A DNA stretch of 32,092 nt from a virus. Its lineage: Duplodnaviria; Caudoviricetes. Positions 1 to 6,607 of this stretch are shown here, one piece after another. Below the pieces are notes generated by a model. It was not told the DNA's origin, did not search any database, and saw nothing but the letters and a program-made list of their open reading frames with translations. A program made the translations under genes and the position numbers. Each line of letters starts with the position of its first letter. The stretch's first letter is position 1. The DNA is taken from positions 1 to 32,092 of IMG/VR virus record IMGVR_UViG_3300008255_000320, one strand, 5' to 3'.

Positions 1-42
1 AAGAATAGAATAACTTTAAATTGATCGCTAACATAAACGGTA

Positions 43-76
43 TTGACATTTATAAACCGATTTTATATATTATAAT
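43..76 (+). promoter_or_regulatory. sigma70-type early promoter
   Basis: Perfect TTGACA at 43-48, 17-bp spacer, TATATT at 66-71 (TATAAT also at 71-76). AT-rich context, upstream of the whole + strand gene cluster. Confidence 0.75.
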
Positions 77-120
77 AACGATACAAAAAAACATCTAACA
101 ATCTTAATAAGAAGGAGCGC

Positions 121-225
121 ATTACTACATGGACTTTCCTCCCTTATCCTTCATTTCTTGATAACAGATGCCTAAACAAACAAATTCCTATATTTAGTCT
201 AAAATGGCAGCTAAATGCTCATTAA
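121..225 (+). pseudogene. possible decayed pyrimidine-dimer DNA glycosylase (MSMEG_6728 / T4 endonuclease V-like) remnant
   Basis: SD AAGGAG at 112-117 and ATG at 129. The frame from 121 reads WTFLPYPSFLDNRCLNKQ, resembling the remembered family N-terminus MQTFLPYPxFxxSAxxLDxxRLGKQ, with a frameshift and a short deletion. Confidence 0.3.
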
Positions 226-428
226 CAGTTAGAACCATGCTCACTAAAACAGTTGATTTTAGTGACCTTCTTCCTTCTACTAAACCAATAGATGCTAAAA
301 CGGTCTGCACCTGGTACGAAGATGCAGAGAAGCTGCTTAACGAGCTCAAAGGCTGCAACCTAAAAGAGGTTAGTGAAAATGATGTTGCAATTATTAGATA
401 CCTGCAAAATTATAAGGAGCAGTTCTGA
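204..428 (+). CDS. hypothetical early protein
   Basis: 74-aa ORF in the early-arm orientation; weak RBS. Confidence 0.5.
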   Translation: MAAKCSLTVRTMLTKTVDFSDLLPSTKPIDAKTVCTWYEDAEKLLNELKGCNLKEVSENDVAIIRYLQNYKEQF

Positions 429-492
429 ATCGAACCATTGTGGGATTGAAACATTAACTATATTTTATCACATTAAGAAGGAGTAACAAAAA

Positions 493-852
493 ATGAGTGA
501 AGTGACTAAGATGGTTAACAAAGAAGAGATTTTCCTTGCTAACTACGACTTCGATGCCGCCTTTGATAAGGTAGATGAGAAGGTTAAAAGAAACCATTTT
601 GAGGCTGCCGCTCTTATTACATTGAGAGCGAATCTTTACCGCAACCAGCAGATGGGAAAAACAAAAGAAGAACTGCAAACTATTGCCAACGCCTGGCTCC
701 CAGGCGTTGTAACCAGAACTCGTGGTAAGACCAAGATTGAAAAAGCTCATGACGCCTATAACAGCCTTAATGAAGAAGAAAAGGCGGACATGGCAAAATT
801 TGTCGCTGAGCGTCTACGTGAGGCTAAGGCTGCTCGCGCTTCTCGAACTTAA
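493..852 (+). CDS. hypothetical early protein (helical, basic)
   Basis: 119-aa ORF with strong SD AAGGAG upstream, followed by a hairpin/terminator. Confidence 0.85.
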   Translation: MSEVTKMVNKEEIFLANYDFDAAFDKVDEKVKRNHFEAAALITLRANLYRNQQMGKTKEELQTIANAWLPGVVTRTRGKTKIEKAHDAYNSLNEEEKADMAKFVAERLREAKAARASRT

Positions 853-868
853 CCTCCATAAGATAAAC

Positions 869-942
869 AAGAGCAGATTACATAATGGATGCAGCTTAGT
901 TGAGGGCTAAGAGCGATTTGTTACTTTAATCTGCTCTTTTTT
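869..942 (+). terminator. long hairpin with U-tract (intrinsic terminator and/or RNase III-type site)
   Basis: 12-bp inverted repeat AAGAGCAGATTA (869-880) / TAATCTGCTCTT (927-938), inner CTTAG/CTAAG stem, T-run to 942. Confidence 0.6.
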
Positions 943-990
943 GGAGCTAGGAATGTGGGAATTAGAACATTAAGAAGAAGGAGCAAAAAG

Positions 991-1197
991 ATGGAGATAA
1001 AAGATGCAAGTGTTATTATTGTGTATACATGCCCCTTGCTAAAAAGAATATGTAGAGCAATAGGCAACGAAATTACCTATAGTGGGTATGAAGTTAAAGA
1101 AAGTGAAGACCACATTATAGGTAGTATTGTAATTGCTGAAGTAAGGTGTGTATGTAAGAACTTCCACAAAATAGAATTATCATCCTGTTATAGCTAA
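991..1197 (+). CDS. small Cys/His-rich hypothetical protein (possible Zn-binding)
   Basis: SD AAGGAG before ATG 991, preferred to the ORF-track start at 955. Contains CP...CVCKNFH. Confidence 0.7.
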   Translation: MEIKDASVIIVYTCPLLKRICRAIGNEITYSGYEVKESEDHIIGSIVIAEVRCVCKNFHKIELSSCYS

Positions 1198-1220
1198 TAA
1201 TAACAAAAAGGAGCAAAAAT

Positions 1221-1523
1221 ATGAACATTCTTCTTGCACAACTTGAGGCTGCAAAAATAGTAGCTAAATCGTCTGAGCCCAACAGCGTTCATATACAGCC
1301 TACTATATATGGAGACCTTCTAGAAGTACCGATGAACTGTAGGCGTGCATATCATACTATGCGCCAAATTCAGTTTGAAATGATTAAACACTTACCCGAA
1401 GCAGCGGAGCTTACTATCCATAAGCACAAAAGAATAGATGGTATTGAACATAGATGGCTCGACCTCGCTCCACTCAATGATCCTACTAACTCAGTAATGA
1501 CTATCTTTTATAAGGAGGACTAA
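1221..1523 (+). CDS. hypothetical protein
   Basis: 100-aa ORF; AAGGAGCAAAAAT precedes the ATG. Confidence 0.8.
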   Translation: MNILLAQLEAAKIVAKSSEPNSVHIQPTIYGDLLEVPMNCRRAYHTMRQIQFEMIKHLPEAAELTIHKHKRIDGIEHRWLDLAPLNDPTNSVMTIFYKED

Positions 1524-1571
1524 TGATAACCATATATCTCTATAACCATTGTAAGCTAGTGGAGGCTCAAA

Positions 1572-1889
1572 ATGTCTAATATCTTTGTTGTCAATAAAGG
1601 CGGCCATGATTTCTCTAAAGCTGAACGTTTTGGTAAGCTCGTTTATCTTAGCGAGGGTTCAATAGACCCCTTTAAAATAAATAGCATGTATCGAGAAATG
1701 GCAGAAGCTATTTCAGCCAGTCACCAAGATGATTATATCCTCTCAACTGGGCTTCCTATTATGAGACAGATATTAAGTGCAATGTTTGCGTTTAAGCATG
1801 GTTGTCTTAATCTTCTGCTGTTCAAAAATGGTGAGTATGTTGAGAGACGCATTCTTCTTGGCGAACTAATAAAGAAGGAGCAAAAATGA
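1572..1889 (+). CDS. hypothetical phage protein
   Basis: 105-aa ORF with GGAGG SD; ATGA overlap with the next gene. Confidence 0.8.
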   Translation: MSNIFVVNKGGHDFSKAERFGKLVYLSEGSIDPFKINSMYREMAEAISASHQDDYILSTGLPIMRQILSAMFAFKHGCLNLLLFKNGEYVERRILLGELIKKEQK

Positions 1890-2830
1890 TCAATCTTAAT
1901 GCCAACTATCCTATTCCTACCAATCCAACCTGGAACGTTTGTGATAGCAGTAAATTTAAGGCCTATACTACCTGCGAACGCATGTATTTCTACAGATATG
2001 TGCTCGGTTGGCGGCGTGATTTTCCTTCACATGATTTAGTTTTTGGCGAAGCGTGGCACCGCGCTATGAAACGTCTATTTGATGAAGGCTTCTCAAAGAA
2101 AACAATTGAAAAGGCCTTCGACGATTTTCTGGCTTACTATCGCACCAACTTTAGCGAAGATAGCGATTTAAACTATATCCCTAAAAGTCCTGGGGACGCT
2201 CTCAAGGCCTTAATTGAGTATGTAACTCAATACGAGCGGCAAGACCACTGGGAGGTTCTATTCACTGAGCGTGCTGGTACCGTTCTGATTGACGAAGGCA
2301 TCCCACTACACTTTCGTCTCGATGCTGTTGTTAGAGATGAGAATGATCGAATCTTCGTAATCGATCATAAGACCACAAAGTGGGCAGCCTCAACATGGAC
2401 GGAGCAGTTCTCGCTTGACTTTCAAGTTTACGCTTACCTTCACGTTCTCCACTGTATGTATCCCTGCAATCCAATAGGAGGCCTGATTATCAATGGAACT
2501 CGGTTCTTCAAAAGCAAGATTGAGCATATAAGAGTGCCAATCAACAAATCTCTTGAATCCTTGAACGCTTGGTTTCAAGAAGCTCAAGTTCTTGCGAGAA
2601 AGATAAAAGGAGATTTCAAAGAACTATCTATAACATCTTCGGCTGTTCCTGTTCTTCTCGCCTTTCCTCGTCGAACCACTCAGTGTGTACAGTATATGCG
2701 CATGTGCCAATTTGCCGACTTCTGTAGCGTCTGGGCAAATCCTCTTAGGCACGTCGGCGATGTTCCTGAAGGATTTAAGATTGAGTGGTGGAATCCGGCG
2801 GAGAAGGAAACGATCATACTGGCAAATTAA
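1886..2830 (+). CDS. PD-(D/E)XK (Cas4/RecB-like) exonuclease
   Basis: N-terminal Cys (YTTCER), GEAWH, RLD...IDHKT catalytic motif, Q..Y motif and C-terminal CxxxxxxCxFxxFC (Fe-S type). Lies next to the AAA ATPase and SSB genes. Confidence 0.9.
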   Translation: MINLNANYPIPTNPTWNVCDSSKFKAYTTCERMYFYRYVLGWRRDFPSHDLVFGEAWHRAMKRLFDEGFSKKTIEKAFDDFLAYYRTNFSEDSDLNYIPKSPGDALKALIEYVTQYERQDHWEVLFTERAGTVLIDEGIPLHFRLDAVVRDENDRIFVIDHKTTKWAASTWTEQFSLDFQVYAYLHVLHCMYPCNPIGGLIINGTRFFKSKIEHIRVPINKSLESLNAWFQEAQVLARKIKGDFKELSITSSAVPVLLAFPRRTTQCVQYMRMCQFADFCSVWANPLRHVGDVPEGFKIEWWNPAEKETIILAN

Positions 2831-2843
2831 ATATTTTGATTTG
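2823..2843. repeat. 21-bp palindrome copy 1 (CAAATTAAATATTTTGATTTG)
   Basis: Matches the dispersed consensus; overlaps the nuclease stop codon. Confidence 0.9.
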
Positions 2844-2871
2844 GAAGTGTTAAACAAAAAGGAAGATTACA

Positions 2872-3663
2872 ATGACTAAACTTACATCTGAACAGGCTCG
2901 TGCTCAGCTTGCTGATATTCGTGCTAAGTATGCTGAAAGCACTAAGTTTGACAACTTTAGCGCACTTATAATGGGTGAAGCAGGTACAGGAAAAACCTCT
3001 ATTATTGCAACAGGTCGTAAGCCAATCTTAATAGATTCATTCGACCCACTTAATACTCTCGTCCTAAAAGAACTGACCGACAAAGGCGAAGTTCTTGTTC
3101 GTCAATTCTGGAGCGAGCAATCAATAGCTCCTACTGAATATGAGCGGTGGGAAAAACAGTGGAGCAAAGATTGTGATACTGGTTTCATTGGAATGATGGG
3201 AACTTATAGCATTGATAGTTGCACTACCTGGATTGAGGCTCTTGTTAATGCCTATTGCAAGAAGAAAGGCAGGCAGAACAATATTCCAGAAATTCAGGAC
3301 TACCAAGTAATTTACAATATTATCAAGGATACTATCAAAATTAGCTCTACTCAAGGAGCTGACTTTATTCTAACTGGCCACCTTGTCGCTTATCAGGACG
3401 AAGTAACTGGTCGAACATATAGCGAGCTTGATATATACAAACGGCTGAAAACACGTGTCCCACTGCTGTTTACAGAAAAGCTTGTAACACTCTCGAAAGA
3501 GGTTCCAGCTGGTATTAAACACGTTCTACTGACTAATGCAGCTGGTCGCTATAGGGCCTCAACTCAGCTTGGCCGAAACGGAAAGTTTGCAAATGAAGAA
3601 GAACCTGACATAAAACTTCTGCTTAAAAAAGCAGAGCTCTCAGCGGAGGACAAAGTAATATGA
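2872..3663 (+). CDS. AAA_24-type P-loop ATPase, Sak4-like recombinase
   Basis: Walker A GEAGTGKT, Walker B-like YSIDS and FILTGH motif; sits between an exonuclease and an SSB. Confidence 0.8.
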   Translation: MTKLTSEQARAQLADIRAKYAESTKFDNFSALIMGEAGTGKTSIIATGRKPILIDSFDPLNTLVLKELTDKGEVLVRQFWSEQSIAPTEYERWEKQWSKDCDTGFIGMMGTYSIDSCTTWIEALVNAYCKKKGRQNNIPEIQDYQVIYNIIKDTIKISSTQGADFILTGHLVAYQDEVTGRTYSELDIYKRLKTRVPLLFTEKLVTLSKEVPAGIKHVLLTNAAGRYRASTQLGRNGKFANEEEPDIKLLLKKAELSAEDKVI

Positions 3664-3851
3664 TTATCTGTGATAAAGGCCACCAGGTTATAGTATTTGA
3701 CCATCGCTTTGATGGTGATAAGTGTCCACTCTGCCATACTATTAACAATTCTCTTGCTGCCGATGCAGTGATAGAGGAGTTAGAGGCTAAAGTGTACTCT
3801 TTTAGTACTTCTATTGAGCTTCTTCGAGTACGGTTTTTAGCAACTAGCTAA
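3660..3851 (+). CDS. small Zn-ribbon/coiled-coil protein
   Basis: CDKGH...CPLC motif; ATGA overlap with the upstream gene. Confidence 0.6.
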   Translation: MIICDKGHQVIVFDHRFDGDKCPLCHTINNSLAADAVIEELEAKVYSFSTSIELLRVRFLATS

Positions 3852-3852
3852 T

Positions 3853-3881
3853 AACTAACAACTAACAACTAACAACTAAAC
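3853..3881 (+). repeat. 7-bp tandem repeat (AACTAAC)x3 + AACTAAAC
   Basis: Seen directly, immediately 5' of the AAGGAG SD of the SSB-like gene. Confidence 0.85.
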
Positions 3882-3893
3882 AAGGAGACAATT

Positions 3894-4304
3894 ATGTCAA
3901 ACATTCTAGATCTCGCTCTGGCGGCTAACATATCCGAGCCTGAGGCAGTAGCCGAGGCCGAATATCAACTATTGCTGGTCAGCGCAAAAAGGAAAGATTC
4001 AAAGAGCGGAAACTCAATGGTGGAGTTCTCTCATGAAATCGTCGGAGACGTTCTTACACCTCCGGTGTTCTATTACCTCATCCTTCCAACTGATTCTATG
4101 TCACAGAAAGACCAACAGCGTCGTCTGCTTGATGTGAAGCGCTACTGTGACGCTTTCAACATTCCTATTGAAACATTTGCAGCATGTGTGGCCGATGATA
4201 GCTTTGAAGATATCATCGGCAGCCAAGGCTGGGCGCACCTGGTTCAAAACGAATATGAAGGTCGAATCAGTAACAAAATCAAACGCTTTATAAAGAGCGC
4301 CTAA
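3894..4304 (+). CDS. DUF669-like single-stranded DNA-binding protein
   Basis: EYQLLLVSAKRKDSKSGNSMV...YEGRISNKIKRF pattern typical of this phage OB-fold SSB family; follows the Sak4-like ATPase. Confidence 0.7.
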   Translation: MSNILDLALAANISEPEAVAEAEYQLLLVSAKRKDSKSGNSMVEFSHEIVGDVLTPPVFYYLILPTDSMSQKDQQRRLLDVKRYCDAFNIPIETFAACVADDSFEDIIGSQGWAHLVQNEYEGRISNKIKRFIKSA

Positions 4305-4314
4305 CGCTCACAGT

Positions 4315-4361
4315 AGCCGGAGCGAGCTTTCATGATTTTTCTCGCTCTGGCTTATTTTTTT
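4315..4361 (+). terminator. intrinsic terminator
   Basis: Stem AGCCGGAGCGAG (4315-4326) / CTCGCTCTGGCT (4341-4352), then TATTTTTTT. Confidence 0.8.
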
Positions 4362-4379
4362 ATTAACTAAGGAACTATA

Positions 4380-4598
4380 ATGACTACTTCACGTTTATCT
4401 GTTGAAATTCCTACCTCCTTAAAAAGGCGTCTTGAGCGCCTTCCTCATGGAATGATACGTGCAGTAACAATTGTTACACTAAACGATGCACTTGATGCTA
4501 TTGAAGGACCAAACGAGAATGCTGTTCTTGGTGGCATCTTAACTCGCAATATCAAACTGGCTGACTATAGCGAAACATTTAGTAAAGATGCAGATTAA
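4380..4598 (+). CDS. putative ribbon-helix-helix DNA-binding protein
   Basis: N-terminal RLSVEIPTSLKRRLERL strand-helix pattern; 72 aa. Confidence 0.55.
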   Translation: MTTSRLSVEIPTSLKRRLERLPHGMIRAVTIVTLNDALDAIEGPNENAVLGGILTRNIKLADYSETFSKDAD

Positions 4599-4920
4599 CG
4601 AAACCCTTCCTGGCATGGTAAAAAAGCTAGAAATTGGAGAGCTCGATCTTTATCTTCTGCTTGCTAATCGTGACAATAAACTTGCTTACATTTATATAGC
4701 AGGCCCACGAACTGGCAGTGATATACACCATCTAATTGTTGGTGTAACGGAGCTCATTAATCTTTGTCTTGATGAGAATATTAGTATTGAAAAGATAATA
4801 GAGCGCCTTATGTATCATCGCGCTGAAACAAGCGGAATAACTAATGATAAAAAAATCGTTTCATCTATTCTTGACTTTATTGCAAAGGCTTTAAAGGAGT
4901 GCTATTGTGACCCTAGATGA
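4588..4920 (+). CDS. stand-alone class II RNR C-terminal (TSCPD/NrdJb-like) domain protein
   Basis: GSDIHHL...LINLCLDENISIEKIIERL..HRAETSG.TND...SSILDFIAKAL resembles the NrdJ C-terminal domain (GS...SLxLQxGVPLExxxxKF...RFEPxG.T.D...SSxxDYI). Confidence 0.65.
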   Translation: MQINETLPGMVKKLEIGELDLYLLLANRDNKLAYIYIAGPRTGSDIHHLIVGVTELINLCLDENISIEKIIERLMYHRAETSGITNDKKIVSSILDFIAKALKECYCDPR

Positions 4921-5119
4921 TTACAAACCAAGTATTAGCCAGCTTTCTGCTACTGAGGCCTATGCTATTCACCAAGCTATTCGCCTTGATCGCTTTGTTA
5001 GCAAGAAAGCTATTCAAGAAGAGAAAAAAGAAACTAAGAGAATGTCCAGTAGGTTTGAAAAAACTATCCGTTCAATGTCAGAAGAACAACTTGAGAAACT
5101 ACTGGAGGAACTACAGTGA
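4907..5119 (+). CDS. hypothetical protein
   Basis: GTG start with AAGGAG SD; 70 aa; overlaps the upstream stop. Confidence 0.7.
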   Translation: MTLDDYKPSISQLSATEAYAIHQAIRLDRFVSKKAIQEEKKETKRMSSRFEKTIRSMSEEQLEKLLEELQ

Positions 5120-5257
5120 GCATAATCACTTTCGATCTTGAGATCATATCTAAAAGTTGAGCTGCTTAGACTTGTTAATTATATCAAAGATAAGAACTGA
5201 CCCTCCAACAAGGAAACAGTTTGTAGATTGGATGATATAAGAAAAAGGATAGCAAAA

Positions 5258-6607
5258 ATGAATGTATCTACAATACCGTACAACAAGATTCACATTGGGG
5301 AACGCTTTCGTAAAGATTATGGAGACATTAAACAATTAGTTATTAGCATTCGTCTACATGGTTTGCATGTTCCTGTTATTGTCAAGCAAGCTGAACATGA
5401 TTGCTATGAACTTCTTGCAGGCGGTAGACGAATGGCAGCACTTGCTGATGTTGGCAGCTATGTTGAAAATGGAGTTCCTGCTGTTGTTCTTCCTGCCAAT
5501 ACTAATGAATACAGTTCAAGAACTATCGAACTAATTGAAAATATTCATCGCAAGCAACTTGAGCCGATGGAAGAGATTCATTTAAAGGCGGAAATAACAC
5601 GTATACAAACGGCTCAGTTCGGTGAAAAGAGTAAAAAGAATCTAACAGGCTGGAACCAAGAAGAAACTGCTAAACTCTTTGGTGTTACTGCTGCAAGTAT
5701 CAGTGATGATATCCAACTTAGTAAGGCCGCTGAAATGCTGCCTGAGTTGAACGCTGCTAAAACAAAAGCGGAGGCCAAAAAAATTCTTAGTGACGCTATT
5801 AAGAACTTCAAACGAAATAGAGCCATAACACAGTTTACAACCAATGAAGCAGGAAAACCAGCTAATGTTCTAAAAAAGAAACTGATGGATAGCTACATTA
5901 TTGGCGACGCACGCTTGTTTATGACAAAATTAAAAAGTGGAACGTTTGATCTAATTGAAATTGATCCTCCCTATGCGATTGATCTAGAAGACGCAAAGAA
6001 ACTTGACAATAAGGGGAGTATAACTAACCAAACTGAGAACTATATAGATATTCCATCTGAACAGTACCTTCTAACAATGCAACATATCCTTGCTGAATCT
6101 TACCGAGTTGCTAAACCAAATGCTTGGATTATTCTTTGGTTCGCTCCTGAACCCTGGTTCGAGCCGATGTTTCAGCTACTGACCCAAGCAGGTTGGGAAT
6201 CTCGCAGAATGCCTCTTATCTGGTCTAAGCGAATTGGTCAGACGAAACGACCAGATCGCTATATGGGTAATGCCTATGAAATGGCCTTTTATGGTAGAAA
6301 AGGGAATGCAGTTATTAACAAAGCTCGTAACAATGTCTACGACTATCGAACTGTCAATGATAAAGAACACGCTACTGAGAAGCCCATTGAAATGTACGAG
6401 GATTTGCTTTATACCTTCGTCATGGAAGGTAGCAATATTCTTGTTCCTTTCGCTGGTAGTGGTAATTCACTACTTGCAGCGGCTAATATAAAATGCACCG
6501 CTCTTGGTTATGATCTCTTGTTAGAGAATAAAAGTATCTTCGATACAAAGATTCTGGAGCAGAACTATGGAGAGTTTACAAGCTACAAGAAGGGAGAACA
6601 AAAGTGA
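5258..6607 (+). CDS. ParB-like CTPase domain + HTH + beta-class N6-A/N4-C DNA methyltransferase fusion
   Basis: ParB motifs LLAGGRR and IENIHRKQL; HTH-like WNQEETAKLFGVTAASISDDI; MTase motif IV DPPY, H.TEKP, then motif I PFAGSG. ATG 5258 follows AAGGA. Confidence 0.9.
   Translation: MNVSTIPYNKIHIGERFRKDYGDIKQLVISIRLHGLHVPVIVKQAEHDCYELLAGGRRMAALADVGSYVENGVPAVVLPANTNEYSSRTIELIENIHRKQLEPMEEIHLKAEITRIQTAQFGEKSKKNLTGWNQEETAKLFGVTAASISDDIQLSKAAEMLPELNAAKTKAEAKKILSDAIKNFKRNRAITQFTTNEAGKPANVLKKKLMDSYIIGDARLFMTKLKSGTFDLIEIDPPYAIDLEDAKKLDNKGSITNQTENYIDIPSEQYLLTMQHILAESYRVAKPNAWIILWFAPEPWFEPMFQLLTQAGWESRRMPLIWSKRIGQTKRPDRYMGNAYEMAFYGRKGNAVINKARNNVYDYRTVNDKEHATEKPIEMYEDLLYTFVMEGSNILVPFAGSGNSLLAAANIKCTALGYDLLLENKSIFDTKILEQNYGEFTSYKKGEQK

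Noticed and set aside
129-203. Alternative genetic code suggested by in-frame stops upstream of ORF 204
   Set aside because: All long genes are intact in code 11, and TAA, TAG and TGA all end genes in the window.
477-1890. Repeated AAGGAGCAAAAA motif before several early genes
   Set aside because: Explained as a strong Shine-Dalgarno plus A-rich spacer, not a separate element.
1886-2830. CRISPR-Cas system suggested by the Cas4-like nuclease
   Set aside because: No repeat-spacer array or other cas genes; the context is a phage recombination module.
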